Notes: a model not told the origin generated them from the sequence alone. A stretch of 64,000 nucleotides of DNA from a bacterium (GCA_963640535.1 CAVHYU010000003.1:56620-120619); one strand, 5' to 3'; positions 35,896 to 46,731 are shown, counted from the stretch's first letter. Program-made: numbers and translations.

Positions 35896-37158
35896 TTGAA
35901 AGTCGCCATCGTCATACTCAACTGGAACACCCGGGAGTACCTTCAGAGGTTTCTCCCCGCTCTTCTTGACTCCGTCCGGGAGTTCAATGCCGGGGAGGCT
36001 CCGGGGGCACGCTCTGAGACAAAAGAGGATGAAGTTCAGGCAAGGACAAAAGAGGCGGATTCGGCCGAGGTGATTGTCGCCGACAACGCCTCCACGGACG
36101 ACTCTCTTGAGGTTATGGAAAGAGAGTTTCCAACAATCAGGACCATCTCTCTGGACAAAAATTACGGTTTTACAGGCGGCTACAACCGTGCTTTCAGGAT
36201 TCTCTCGGAAGAAAGCGACAACGAGGCTCCGGGGAACGCTTCGGGAGAAAGCGACAACGAGGCTGCGGGGAACGCTTCTGGAGAAAGCGACAACGAGGCT
36301 GCGGGGAACGCCAGGACAGGCGAAGGCTATGACCTTTTCCTGCTTCTAAACTCAGACATAGAGGTCACTCCCGGTTGGCTCTCCCCTCTTGTGGATTGGA
36401 TGAAGACCCATCCGGAGTGCGGCGCCTGCGGGCCGAAGCTCCACAGCTGGTACCAAAGGGACAGTTTTGAATATGCCGGAGCGGCCGGAGGGCTGATTGA
36501 CGCTCTGGGCTACCCGTTCTGCCGGGGAAGGGTTATGAAAAAAGTGGAGAAGGACACTGGGCAGTATGACTCCCCCGCCGATGTGCTTTGGGTGAGCGGC
36601 GCGTGCCTTATGGTCCGCAGCAGCGTCTGGAAGGCTCTCGGAGGGCTTGACGACCGCTTTTTCGCCCATATGGAGGAAATAGACCTCTGCTGGAGAATGC
36701 AGCTGAGGGGATGGAAAGTCACTGTGGTGCCGTCTTCAACGGTATATCATCTCGGAGGAGGCACTCTCCCACAGACTTCCCCCTGGAAACTCTACCTGAA
36801 TTTCCGCAACAACATCCTCCTTCTGGACAATAATCTCTCGGTGACAATAGGGCCCCGGAAGGCGCGGGGAAGGATATTCCTAAGAAAAATTCTCGACGGA
36901 TGCTCCGCGGCGGTGTACCTTCTGAGCCTTAGGCCGAAGTGCTTCACGGCCGTCTGGAAGGCTCACCGCGATGCCGCAAGACTGAAAAAAGAAAGGCGAG
37001 CCGCCCTCAGGACGACCCCGGGAACAGGAAACGGGGATATACAAAAAGGTAACAGAGTCTGCGGGATATACGGGGGGCTTATGATACCCCGGGCGCTACT
37101 CGGTCTTGGCATAAACACAGCCGAGGCCTGCCTGGAGCGGAATATAGGGGATGAGTAG
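35896..37158 (+). CDS. Glycosyltransferase family 2
   Basis: IVILNWN, VADNASTD, NYGFTGGYN, LLNSD, FEYAGAAGG, FFAHMEEIDLCWR; TTG start. Confidence 0.9.
   Translation: MKVAIVILNWNTREYLQRFLPALLDSVREFNAGEAPGARSETKEDEVQARTKEADSAEVIVADNASTDDSLEVMEREFPTIRTISLDKNYGFTGGYNRAFRILSEESDNEAPGNASGESDNEAAGNASGESDNEAAGNARTGEGYDLFLLLNSDIEVTPGWLSPLVDWMKTHPECGACGPKLHSWYQRDSFEYAGAAGGLIDALGYPFCRGRVMKKVEKDTGQYDSPADVLWVSGACLMVRSSVWKALGGLDDRFFAHMEEIDLCWRMQLRGWKVTVVPSSTVYHLGGGTLPQTSPWKLYLNFRNNILLLDNNLSVTIGPRKARGRIFLRKILDGCSAAVYLLSLRPKCFTAVWKAHRDAARLKKERRAALRTTPGTGNGDIQKGNRVCGIYGGLMIPRALLGLGINTAEACLERNIGDE
36211..36311 (+). repeat. In-frame 36-bp tandem repeat (~2.8 copies; ESDNEA[P/A]GNASG)
   Basis: Units at 36211, 36247 and 36283. 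Confidence 0.9.
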
Positions 37159-37236
37159 TGGAGACAAGAGTTTGATGAAAGAGACAAACGTAACATACTC
37201 AATAAGTTAGATGCTTGCAAAAGTTGAATTAGGATT

Positions 37237-38595
37237 ATGAGAATCGTTATTGCAGGGGCCGGAGAAGTCGGTTCGCATCTTGCGAAGATGCTCAGCAACG
37301 AGGCCAATGACATCACGGTCATTGACAGCGACCAGTCAAGGCTCGACAGCCTCAGTGCCGTCGCGGACATAGTCACGGTGAACGGAGTTTCCTCCGAAAT
37401 CGGAGTTCTCCGGGAAGCCGGCGTTCAGGATGCCGACCTGTTCATCGCCGTGAACCCTTCCGAGTCTCAGGACGTGAATGTCGTGAGCGCGATTCTCGCC
37501 AAGAAACTGGGCAGCCGCAAGGTTACCGCCCGCATCAACACGGAAGAATACCTTTCCTACGAGAACAAGAATCTTTTCACCGAAATGGGCATAGACCTTC
37601 TCTTTTACCCGGAGAAGATTGCAGCCAACGAAATCGTTGACATCCTCAGGCATAACGCCTCGACGGACGCTATGGATTTCGCCCGCGGAAGGGTGCAGAT
37701 GTCGGTGTTCAAGGTGGGAGAGGACTCCCCTCTTCTGGATATGAACGTTCTGGAACTCAGCCGCTACGCCACCTCGGAGGAACTCCAGTTCCGAATCGTT
37801 GCGATTTCGCGCGACAACACCACCCTCATCCCAAAGGTGGACACGCATTTCAAATACCGCGACCTCGTTTACATCATTTCCAAACGCGAAGGTACCCAGA
37901 TGCTGAACCGCCTTATAGGCACGCAGGAGCTCGAAATCAACCGTGTAATGATTTTCGGAGGCGGTCCGACGGCCGAGATGGTGGCAAGGCAGCTGTGCTC
38001 CCAGATTGAGATGGTGAAAATCATAGAGCCGGACAAGGAACTCTGCACCCATCTCTCCGAGAGCCTTCCTGAGAAGGTGGAGGTGGTGAACGCTGACGGG
38101 CGCAACTCCGATTCTCTAGTGGAGGAGGACATAAAGGATTACGACGCATTCGTCTCGCTCACGGCATCCTCGGAGGCCAATATCCTCGCCTGCGTGGCGG
38201 CGAAAAAAATCGGCGTGGCCAAGACCGTCGCAGAAGTCGAAAATCTGGAATACATCCACCTCGCAGACGGAATGGGGGTTGACGCGGTGATTAACCGAAA
38301 GCTAATCACTGCGGGCAGAATCTTCAAATTCACCCTCAGCGACAAGGTCCGCTTCATAAAATATATGAACGGAACCAATGCGGAGGTGCTCGAATACATA
38401 GTGTCGAAGGACGCAAAAATCACATCGGGGAAATTGATGGACATCGGGTTCCCGCGCAACGCCATCGTGGGCGGAGTCATCAGGGGCAACAATTCGCTGA
38501 TTGCCGTCGGTAGCACTCAGATTCAGGAGTATGACCGCGTGGTTGTTTTTGCGCTGCCGGAAGCGGTAAAGGCCGTTGACTCTTTTTTCAGGTAA
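37237..38595 (+). CDS. trkA: Trk system potassium transporter regulatory subunit
   Basis: MRIVIAGAGEVGSHLAK; duplicated RCK domains. Confidence 0.92.
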   Translation: MRIVIAGAGEVGSHLAKMLSNEANDITVIDSDQSRLDSLSAVADIVTVNGVSSEIGVLREAGVQDADLFIAVNPSESQDVNVVSAILAKKLGSRKVTARINTEEYLSYENKNLFTEMGIDLLFYPEKIAANEIVDILRHNASTDAMDFARGRVQMSVFKVGEDSPLLDMNVLELSRYATSEELQFRIVAISRDNTTLIPKVDTHFKYRDLVYIISKREGTQMLNRLIGTQELEINRVMIFGGGPTAEMVARQLCSQIEMVKIIEPDKELCTHLSESLPEKVEVVNADGRNSDSLVEEDIKDYDAFVSLTASSEANILACVAAKKIGVAKTVAEVENLEYIHLADGMGVDAVINRKLITAGRIFKFTLSDKVRFIKYMNGTNAEVLEYIVSKDAKITSGKLMDIGFPRNAIVGGVIRGNNSLIAVGSTQIQEYDRVVVFALPEAVKAVDSFFR

Positions 38596-38810
38596 ATGAA
38601 CGGCACGTCTGCGGCGTTGTTCTCCCCTATTTATGCGCCTTTCACTTCAACTAATATTTTATTTGAGTCTGCCATAATGGCAGGAATAACGGATTGGCTT
38701 GCTCTTTGAGTTTTGGGGAGCGGGCGTGAAGGGGTCGGGTCTAAACGGACTTAAGATTTCCCTCCCCCGAAAGAGTGTGAGAGTTTAATTGACAAAAAGA
38801 AAATTGATAT

Positions 38811-39458
38811 ATGAGCAAGAACAAAAAAAATCAGGAAAAGGCTGAAAAGCAGGAAGTTGAGAAAGAGGAGAAGGAAACCGTCGAGAAGAAGGAAAACTCT
38901 CCTGAGACTGAAAAAACGGCTTCAGAGGCTACCGACAATGAGGCTTCAGAGCCTTCGAAAGAGGAAAAGGAAATCGAAGATCTTAAAAAGGCGAAGGCCG
39001 AAGTGGAGAAGCAGCTCTCAGAGAAAAGTGACAAACTTGCAAAGACCGAAGACGCCTATGTGCGGCTGATGGCAGAGTTTGACAACTACCGCCGCAGAAC
39101 CTCTCAGGAAAAACTCGACTTGGTTTCGACCGCGGCGAGTGACACAATCAAGGGTCTGCTTGTGGTTCTGGACGACTGCGAAAGGGCGATGAAAGCCCTC
39201 TCCGACTCCACGGACGTCGCTGTTGCGAAAGAGGGTACGGAGCTGATTTACAACAAATTGATGGCCTACCTCAAAGGTAAGGGCCTTACAACCATTGAAG
39301 CCTTGGGAGAGACTTTCGACACGGATGAACACGAAGCCATCGCTCAGGTACCAGTGGAGGAGAAGGAAAAGAAAGGCAAGGTCTACGATGTCGTGCAGAC
39401 CGGCTACAAGCTCAACGGCAAGGTAATCAGATTTGCAAAAGTTGTTGTAGGTATATAA
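38811..39458 (+). CDS. grpE: Nucleotide exchange factor GrpE
   Basis: RLMAEFDNYRRR, FD-x3-HEA, GYKLNGKVIRFAKVVV. Confidence 0.95.
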   Translation: MSKNKKNQEKAEKQEVEKEEKETVEKKENSPETEKTASEATDNEASEPSKEEKEIEDLKKAKAEVEKQLSEKSDKLAKTEDAYVRLMAEFDNYRRRTSQEKLDLVSTAASDTIKGLLVVLDDCERAMKALSDSTDVAVAKEGTELIYNKLMAYLKGKGLTTIEALGETFDTDEHEAIAQVPVEEKEKKGKVYDVVQTGYKLNGKVIRFAKVVVGI

Positions 39459-39543
39459 TAGTAAACGAATTGCGGGCACGCTCTGTTCGCAATTCATTTG
39501 TGTAAAACAGGCTGTTCTCAACTGAGATTTAAGGAGAAACATT

Positions 39544-40728
39544 ATGGCAGCGAAAAGAGATTATTATGAAGTGCTCGGGGTCGCGAAAACGGCCACGGCA
39601 GACGAAATAAAAAAGGCATACAGGGCACTCGCCATCAAATACCACCCGGACAAGAACCCAGGCAACAAAGAAGCCGAGGAGAAGTTCAAGGAGGCGGCGG
39701 AGGCGTATGCGGTGCTCAGCGATGCCGACAAGAGAGCTAAATATGACCGCTTCGGACACGCGGGCCTCGGAGATAATCCCGGACCTGACTTCAGCGGCGG
39801 ATTCGGTGACCTCAACGACATTCTCAACAACCTCTTCGGAGGAGGATTCAGCGGATTCGGAGGCGGGTTCAGCGGATTCGGAGGCTTCGGCGGCAATGGA
39901 GGCTACGGCAGCTCACGCACCCAGGAAAGGGTTGCAAGAGGCAAGGACATCCGAGTTCACGCCCGCCTCAGCCTGGAAGAGGTCGCCAAAGGAGTTGAAA
40001 AGGAAATCACAATCGAAAGATATGTCCCTTGCACCGACTGCAACGGCAAGGGCGCGAAATCCGCAGCGGACATCAAGACCTGCTCCGCCTGCAAGGGCAG
40101 TGGACAGTACAAAAGGGTCGTCCAGTCATTCCTCGGACAGACCATCAGCGTTTCCGTCTGCCCGCAGTGCAACGGTGAGGGCAAGGTGGTGACCAACCCG
40201 TGCCGCAGCTGCGGAGGAAGCGGACTCGTGAGAAAGAAAGAGACCGTCAGGGTCAAAATCCCAGCAGGAGTGGAGGATGGAATGCAGCTCAGGGTTACCG
40301 GAGCGGGCAATGCTGCCAAAAACAACGGTGTGAACGGAGATCTTCTGGTCGTTATCGACATCGATGCGCACAAGGATTTCACCCGCAAGGACAACAATCT
40401 CTACTACACCAAGGTAATCTCAGTGACAGAGGCTATGCTCGGCTGCGAGGTTGAAATTCCGTCCCTCGGAGGCGGCACACAGAAGGTAAAGATAGACCCG
40501 GGCACACAGTCCGGCACAGTGCTCACCGTCCGCGGCAAGGGCCTGCCGTCAGTGAACAGCTACGGCAACGGCAACCTCTACGTCAAAGTGGGAGTCTGGA
40601 TTCCTAAAAAGCTCAGCCGTGAGAGCAAATCCCTCGTGGAGGCGCTCGGACGCTCCGAAGATGTAAAGCCAAGTGCATCAAAGGATGACAAGTCCTTCTT
40701 TGACCGCCTGAAAAACTTTTTTGACTAA
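39544..40728 (+). CDS. dnaJ: Chaperone DnaJ
   Basis: J domain with HPD, G/F-rich region, four CxxCxGxG motifs. Confidence 0.97.
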   Translation: MAAKRDYYEVLGVAKTATADEIKKAYRALAIKYHPDKNPGNKEAEEKFKEAAEAYAVLSDADKRAKYDRFGHAGLGDNPGPDFSGGFGDLNDILNNLFGGGFSGFGGGFSGFGGFGGNGGYGSSRTQERVARGKDIRVHARLSLEEVAKGVEKEITIERYVPCTDCNGKGAKSAADIKTCSACKGSGQYKRVVQSFLGQTISVSVCPQCNGEGKVVTNPCRSCGGSGLVRKKETVRVKIPAGVEDGMQLRVTGAGNAAKNNGVNGDLLVVIDIDAHKDFTRKDNNLYYTKVISVTEAMLGCEVEIPSLGGGTQKVKIDPGTQSGTVLTVRGKGLPSVNSYGNGNLYVKVGVWIPKKLSRESKSLVEALGRSEDVKPSASKDDKSFFDRLKNFFD

Positions 40729-40804
40729 AGTCTGAAAAGAGGAGGCTCACTCGCACGAAATTTGCTGATATCGGATACCTGCAAAATTCAGCTTAAATAA
40801 CAAT

Positions 40805-42079
40805 ATGACAAAAATCGATGTTGTACTCGGGCTCCAGTGGGGCGACGAGGGGAAGGGTAAGGTCGTTGACGTCCTTACTCCGAATTACAAGGTGATTGCC
40901 CGTTTCCAGGGCGGTCCGAATGCAGGCCATTCACTCAAATTCGACGGTGACGGCTTCGTCCTCCACACAGTTCCCTCCGGCATTTTCCGCGAAGGAAGCG
41001 TAAATGTAATCGGAAACGGAGTGGTCGTGGATCCGGTCATCCTTATGGATGAAATCCATTCGATTGAAAATAAGGCCGGGGACATCTCAGGGAAACTTCT
41101 CATCGCCAAAAGAGCTCAGCTTATCCTCCCTACCCACAGAATGCTTGACGCAGCGAGCGAAGCCGCCAAAGGCAAGGCCAAGATCGGCTCCACCCTCAAG
41201 GGCATCGGACCCGCGTATATGGACAAAACCGGGCGCAACGGCCTGAGGGTCGGTGACATCCTTTCGTCTGAGTTCAAATCGAAATATGAGGCTCTCAAGC
41301 ACAAGCACTTCGGGATTCTCGCCCAGTACCCTGATTTCAAATACGACATCTCAGAATACGAAGGAAAGTGGCTCAAGGCCGTGGAAGAAATGAAGAGGTT
41401 CGAATTCATTGAAAATGAAATCGTTGTAAACCGCTTCCTCGACACTGACACCCCGATTCTCGCCGAAGGCGCCCAGGGCTCGCTTCTCGACATCGATTTC
41501 GGCACCTATCCGTTCGTTACCTCATCCAACACAATGGCGGCAGGAGTCTGCACAGGGCTGGGAGTCGCACCGAGCAGAGTCGGGAAAGTGCTGGGAATCT
41601 TCAAGGCATACTGCACCCGTGTGGGCAGCGGCCCCTTCCCTACCGAACTTTTCGACGAGACGGGAGAGAGACTTCGCACCATAGGTGGCGAATTCGGAGC
41701 TACGACAGGAAGGCCGCGCCGCTGCGGATGGCTGGATATGGTGGCGCTCAAATACGCCGTTATGATGAACGGAGTCACGGAGCTTATTATGATGAAGGCC
41801 GATGTCCTCAACGATTTCGACACAATCAAGGTTGCCACGGCCTACAAAATGGGAGACAAAACCTTGGACTGGTTCCCATACGAGAGCGTCGATGAAGAAA
41901 TCACCCCGGTTTACAGGGAGTTCAAGGGTTGGAAATGCGACATCTGCAAAGTCCGCCGTTATGAGGATTTCCCTCAGGAGCTGAAAGATTACATCGATTT
42001 CATCGAAACCGAGACCAAATGCCCGGTTAAAATCATCTCCGTAGGGCCGGACCGCAGCGAGATTGTCATCAGGGGATAA
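40805..42079 (+). CDS. purA: Adenylosuccinate synthase
   Basis: QWGDEGKGK, GGPNAGH, EGAQG, TRVGSGPFPTE, GATTGRPRRCGW. Confidence 0.97.
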   Translation: MTKIDVVLGLQWGDEGKGKVVDVLTPNYKVIARFQGGPNAGHSLKFDGDGFVLHTVPSGIFREGSVNVIGNGVVVDPVILMDEIHSIENKAGDISGKLLIAKRAQLILPTHRMLDAASEAAKGKAKIGSTLKGIGPAYMDKTGRNGLRVGDILSSEFKSKYEALKHKHFGILAQYPDFKYDISEYEGKWLKAVEEMKRFEFIENEIVVNRFLDTDTPILAEGAQGSLLDIDFGTYPFVTSSNTMAAGVCTGLGVAPSRVGKVLGIFKAYCTRVGSGPFPTELFDETGERLRTIGGEFGATTGRPRRCGWLDMVALKYAVMMNGVTELIMMKADVLNDFDTIKVATAYKMGDKTLDWFPYESVDEEITPVYREFKGWKCDICKVRRYEDFPQELKDYIDFIETETKCPVKIISVGPDRSEIVIRG

Positions 42080-42161
42080 AAAAAGTAGGAGAAAGTAGTC
42101 AAAAAATTTGCAAGACGAAAAAATATTCCTACCTTTGCAATCCCAAACGAAAAAAAACGAT

Positions 42162-42234
42162 GGTGTCATAGCTCAGTTGGTAGAGCAAAGGACTGAAAAT
42201 CCTTGTGTCCCTGGTTCGATTCCCGGTGACACCA
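42162..42234 (+). tRNA. tRNA-Phe (GAA)
   Basis: GGTGTCATAGCTCAGTTGGTAGAGCAAAGGACTGAAAATCCTTGTGTCCCTGGTTCGATTCCCGGTGACACCA; promoter box TACCTTTG at 42130..42137. Confidence 0.97.
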
Positions 42235-42240
42235 CAAAAA

Positions 42241-42268
42241 AGGCAGCAAGAAATTGCTGCTTTTTTTT
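42241..42268 (+). terminator. Intrinsic terminator after tRNA-Phe
   Basis: GCAGCAA-GAAA-TTGCTGC followed by T8. Confidence 0.8.
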
Positions 42269-42317
42269 GTATCGTCACCTTGGTGACCTACCTTGTATTT
42301 TGTATCTTTGTGGTTGT

Positions 42318-44627
42318 ATGGCGGGAAGCGTTTACATATCTGTTATCGTTCCTCTTCGGATTGACTGGGAACCGGTTTATGCTTTGCCCTGGGGAATGGA
42401 AGTTTGCCTCGGGGACAGAGTGAAAGTCGGGTTTGCGGGGAAGGAGTATGTGGGCGTTGTCAGCGGGGTTGGGGTGCCCCTAAGCACAGCAGCTGAGAAA
42501 GTGAAGCCTCTTGGAGAGGTTCTAGGGCTGCCGCGGGTGCAGGAGGTTGAGATCCGACTCTGGAGAAAAATCGCCGAGTATTACCTTTGCTGCGTCGGGG
42601 AGGTTTACAAAATGGCCTATCCCGTGCAGAGAGAGGTTGCGGCGGACTGGAAACGGATTGGATTGCTTACCCAGCGCATTGAAAAACGCAGAGAACAGCT
42701 CTTACGCTCACGCAAAGACAGTGTGAAGGAAAGGCTCTCGGAGGAAATCGCCTCTTTGGAAAAGGAAGTTCTGCTTCTTAAGGGAGAAGGGGCTGGAGCC
42801 TGCGAAAAGGAGCCTTGCGCTGATGCTCCCAAGATTGTGCTCACTGATGCTCAGAAGGAGACCCTCGAAAAGATAAAAAAAGGATTCGCAAGCAGGAAAA
42901 CCGTACTGCTTCAGGGAGTTACCGGGTCAGGCAAAACGGAGATATATTCCCTTCTCGCAAGGGAGGCTCTTTCCCGGGGGAAAAATGTCCTCTACCTTGT
43001 GCCCGAAATTGCACTTAGCCGCCAGTTGGAAGAAAGACTCGGAGAGTATTTCCCCGGGGTTCTTCTGTGTTACCACTCGGGGCTTTCGCCTGCGCAGAAG
43101 CAGAGCGTCACCAAAGCGCTCACGAGGCCATACATCCTCCTCGGAACCCGTTCAAGCCTTTTTCTTCCGCACAGGGAACTCGGCCTTGTCATAGTGGACG
43201 AGGAGCACGAAACATCCTACAAACAGGACAGCCCCGCTCCATATTACAACGGCCGCGATGTGGCTCTGATGCTTGCCCGGGAGCACGGCGCTCCGGCTCT
43301 TCTCGGTTCTGCAACTCCCTCATTTGAAAGCCTTTACAACTGCTCCTGCGGACGATTCGCTCTTGTGGGCCTTTCGCAGAGATACCACGGCAACGCCCCC
43401 GTAAGGACGATTGTTATCGACACCGTGGCGGAAAGGAAGAAACGCGGAATGGTTGGCTCCATTTCCAGAAAATTGATACAGATAATCAAAGAAACCCTCT
43501 CCGGGGGCGGTCAGGCAATGGTTCTTCGCGCCCGCAAATCCTACGCGACCACCATTCAGTGCAGCGAGTGCGGAACCATCCTCCGCTGCCCGCACTGCAA
43601 TGTGAGCCTTAACTACCAGAAATCCAAAGGCCGCATCGTCTGCAACCACTGCGGCTACTCTGCCCTTTGGAGCGACCACGTCCCGCATTACCGCCCAAAG
43701 ATAACTCCACCCGAAGCGAAAGCTTCGGGTGCTGCCATTGCAAATGCGCCCGGGATGGGCGAGGCAAAGGCAGTTCTCGTCCCCTGCAACGGCCTTCTCA
43801 CGGCGTTCGGCTCGGGGACGGAGAAAATCGAGGAAGAACTCGCCGCCATTTTCCCCGACAAGAGAGTGGAACGGCTTGACTCGGAGAGCAGCGCCAGAGC
43901 AGGGTGGCAGAAAAAGGTTCTGGGAGACTTTGGGAGCGGAAAAATCGACATTCTTGTGGGCACGCAGATTCTCACGAAAGGCTTTGATTTTGACTCGCTT
44001 AGCCTTGTCGCCGTAGTGCAGGCCGACTCGATTCTCGCCCAGCAGGATTTCCGGGCGGACGAGAAGGCTCTCCAACTTCTGGAACAGTTCCGCGGCAGGT
44101 GTTCGCGAAGAGGCCAGGGAGGGACCTTCGTTCTTCAGACCGCCCAGCCGGACCATCCCGTTTACAGGATGCTTCTTTCAGAGGGGGCGGCAGACGCAGC
44201 AGGTGGCTGCGCACCATCAGATAAGAGAGAGGCGCAGGATTCTCCCGCAGCACAGGCCGCAGGAGCCCCGGACTACAAAAACGCGATTATGGCAGAGAGA
44301 AAGGAATTCCACTACCCGCCATATTCCCGGATTGTGAATATAGTCCTAAGGGATGACAAACCAGAACGGCTTGAACGGCTTGGGGGACTGCTGTCGCTGA
44401 CTCTTCGCGGAGAGGGAGTTTTCCCTGGAAGCGGGGTGGAGGTTTCCCCGCTCTATGCCCCCGCTGTCGATAAGGTGAGGGATGAATATGTGAGAGTGGT
44501 GAGGGTCAGTTTCCCCAAGGACCGCCTTCTTTCAGAAAACAAAGCTGCACTGCTTCAAAGGGTGAAAGCCTTTGCGGCCGAGCGGAAGTACGACAGCCAC
44601 ATCAAACTTGATGTTGATCCGATATAA
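42318..44627 (+). CDS. priA: Primosomal protein N' (replication restart helicase)
   Basis: GVTGSGKTEIY, LVPEIAL, VDEEHE, Cys-rich region, GTQ-x2-KGFDF, YPPYSR, DVDPI. Start placed at MAGSVY (42318). Confidence 0.93.
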   Translation: MAGSVYISVIVPLRIDWEPVYALPWGMEVCLGDRVKVGFAGKEYVGVVSGVGVPLSTAAEKVKPLGEVLGLPRVQEVEIRLWRKIAEYYLCCVGEVYKMAYPVQREVAADWKRIGLLTQRIEKRREQLLRSRKDSVKERLSEEIASLEKEVLLLKGEGAGACEKEPCADAPKIVLTDAQKETLEKIKKGFASRKTVLLQGVTGSGKTEIYSLLAREALSRGKNVLYLVPEIALSRQLEERLGEYFPGVLLCYHSGLSPAQKQSVTKALTRPYILLGTRSSLFLPHRELGLVIVDEEHETSYKQDSPAPYYNGRDVALMLAREHGAPALLGSATPSFESLYNCSCGRFALVGLSQRYHGNAPVRTIVIDTVAERKKRGMVGSISRKLIQIIKETLSGGGQAMVLRARKSYATTIQCSECGTILRCPHCNVSLNYQKSKGRIVCNHCGYSALWSDHVPHYRPKITPPEAKASGAAIANAPGMGEAKAVLVPCNGLLTAFGSGTEKIEEELAAIFPDKRVERLDSESSARAGWQKKVLGDFGSGKIDILVGTQILTKGFDFDSLSLVAVVQADSILAQQDFRADEKALQLLEQFRGRCSRRGQGGTFVLQTAQPDHPVYRMLLSEGAADAAGGCAPSDKREAQDSPAAQAAGAPDYKNAIMAERKEFHYPPYSRIVNIVLRDDKPERLERLGGLLSLTLRGEGVFPGSGVEVSPLYAPAVDKVRDEYVRVVRVSFPKDRLLSENKAALLQRVKAFAAERKYDSHIKLDVDPI

Positions 44628-44679
44628 ATTCAATGTGGAGGAACACTTAATTAGGGTCAAAGAAAAATTTGGCCCGTCC

Positions 44680-45684
44680 CTATCTAATCTTAGAGATGAC
44701 ATTCAGTTGGCCCGGCAGGAGAGAAACCGTCAGCGGAATGTTGCCGACAATCTCGCCGTCCACCTCCACGAGCGGACCGCTGCCCTCAAGAGGCTCTATC
44801 TGAAGAGATTTGCAGCGTGAGAAAATTAGTTCGGGATGCTTTTCCAGAAGCCGGCCTGAGAATAGGGTCGGAACAGCGCGGGCAATCGTCCCAAGCGGCA
44901 GAGTCGGAATCACAGTCACATCCAGCAGTCCGTCGTCCATCACAGCGTAGGGCACCTGCATCATTCCACCGCCCGAATATTTTCCGCATCCCATTGCGAT
45001 GGAAAGCGCATCTCCCTTAAAAATCTCTTTTCCGTCGGCTACAACGCGGCACGGGAACGGTTTTGTTTTCACAAGGGTTGTCACCAGCACCTTGAGATAG
45101 AGGATCTTCCCCTTCTTGCCGGAGTTTTTCTCGAAATTGACCCTGTTGCAGATGTTGGCGTCGAATCCTACACCCGCGATATTCGCCATATAGGAACTCG
45201 CCTGGGTTGAAGTCTCGTCGTTGCGCACAGAGATTTTGAAAACATCCTGCCGTCCCAACGACTCGTCCTTAATCAGGGAAACAATGGCCGCAGTGTCGTG
45301 AGGCACACCGAGAGTCTTTATCCAGTCGTTCCCGGAGCCGATCGGAATCACCGCAAGAGTAAAATCCGAGAGCGAAAGAGGGCTGCTTTCCTCGGAAAGA
45401 GTCGCTGCGACTGCAGACATCTCCACATAGCGCGCGATGCCCTCAAGGACCTCGTGAACAGTGCCGTCTCCGCCTACGGCGAGAAAACGGCGGTAGCCTT
45501 CCTCGCAGGCTCTGGTGGTAATTTCGGTCGCTGCACCCTTGCTCCAGGTGGTCTTGTATTCGTAGGCAATCCTTGAGTCACTGAGCAGTCTCTCGGCCCT
45601 CGGCCATTCAGAAATGGTCTTTCCGGACCCTGCATTCGGGTTCACGACGGCGTACCAGACTTTGTCTATTGATGGAGTTGGCAT
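44680..45684 (-). CDS. Diacylglycerol/lipid kinase family protein (YegS/BmrU-like)
   Basis: NPNAG, GGDGT, P-x-GSGND, GFDA, DGLLDV, EVDGE. Confidence 0.88.
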   Translation of the reverse strand: MPTPSIDKVWYAVVNPNAGSGKTISEWPRAERLLSDSRIAYEYKTTWSKGAATEITTRACEEGYRRFLAVGGDGTVHEVLEGIARYVEMSAVAATLSEESSPLSLSDFTLAVIPIGSGNDWIKTLGVPHDTAAIVSLIKDESLGRQDVFKISVRNDETSTQASSYMANIAGVGFDANICNRVNFEKNSGKKGKILYLKVLVTTLVKTKPFPCRVVADGKEIFKGDALSIAMGCGKYSGGGMMQVPYAVMDDGLLDVTVIPTLPLGTIARAVPTLFSGRLLEKHPELIFSRCKSLQIEPLEGSGPLVEVDGEIVGNIPLTVSLLPGQLNVISKIR

Positions 45685-45892
45685 ATTCGTATAAGTGTCT
45701 ATTGCTTACAAGCATACACGGGAGGATTTTCCTCTGCGCGCACAAAACAGCCGACAAAAGTAATAAATAAAGGAAAGGAATAAAAATAATTTCGTATTTT
45801 TGCAAAATATGCGCGGGTAATTTTTCCTGCCTGTGGTCGGCTCTTCAGCATCCCTTCAGACAAAAAGTTCAGCGCACAAACACTCAAACTAT

Positions 45893-46678
45893 ATGGGAAA
45901 AGTCATAGCTATAGCGAACCAGAAGGGCGGAGTCGGCAAAACGACCACCGCAATCAATCTTGCAGCCTCACTCGCCGTCCTTGAGAAGAACGTTCTCATC
46001 ATTGACGCGGACCCTCAGGCCAACACCACCTCCGGACTCAATTTCTCCCCCGAAAGCGAGGAGAAAAGGACTCTGTACGAGCTTATGATCGGAGAGCGGC
46101 AGGCGGAAGACGTGCTGATACAGACTGAGATAGCGCGCCTGCAGATGATTCCTTCCAACATCAACCTCGTCGGAGCTGAAATCGAGATGCTCGGTACGGA
46201 AGAGAGGGAATCCATTCTCAAAAGGGCCCTCGCCCCCATTCGTGACAACTACGACTACATAATAATCGACTGCTCCCCTTCCCTGGGTCTTATCACCGTC
46301 AACTGCCTCACCGCGGCCGACTCGGTGATGATTCCGGTTCAGCCTGAGTTCTTCGCGCTGGAGGGTCTGGGGAAACTGCTTCAGACAATAAGACTCGTGC
46401 AGGGCGGAGTGAACCCGGCTCTGACAATTGAAGGATTTATCGTGACTATGTACGACGGAAGGACGAAGGTTCACAACCAGGTGGTCCAGGAGTTGAAAGA
46501 CCACTTCAAGGATATGGTTTTCGACACCATAATCCAGCGAAACATCCGTCTTAGCGAAGCCCCTTCACACGGAAAGCCTATTATTCTCTACGACGTAATC
46601 TGCAACGGTACAGCGAATTACCTCAACCTCGCGAAAGAGGTTCTTGAGCGCAACGGAGACCTGACAAAGGACAAATAG
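45893..46678 (+). CDS. parA: Chromosome partitioning ATPase ParA/Soj
   Basis: NQKGGVGKTTT, DADPQAN, IDCSPSLG, LSEAPSHG. Start placed at MGKVI. Confidence 0.93.
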   Translation: MGKVIAIANQKGGVGKTTTAINLAASLAVLEKNVLIIDADPQANTTSGLNFSPESEEKRTLYELMIGERQAEDVLIQTEIARLQMIPSNINLVGAEIEMLGTEERESILKRALAPIRDNYDYIIIDCSPSLGLITVNCLTAADSVMIPVQPEFFALEGLGKLLQTIRLVQGGVNPALTIEGFIVTMYDGRTKVHNQVVQELKDHFKDMVFDTIIQRNIRLSEAPSHGKPIILYDVICNGTANYLNLAKEVLERNGDLTKDK

Positions 46679-46731
46679 GCTGCCCCTCACTCATTCAAAA
46701 ATCAGAATCAAATTTATTCAGGATATACACA

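Noticed and set aside
30576..40728. Missing partners (glpD, tldD, trkH, dnaK)
   Set aside because: These genes can be unlinked in Bacteroidetes, and absence cannot be judged from one window.
42108..42317. N-terminal extension of PriA
   Set aside because: It overlaps tRNA-Phe and its terminator; the real start is likely 42318.
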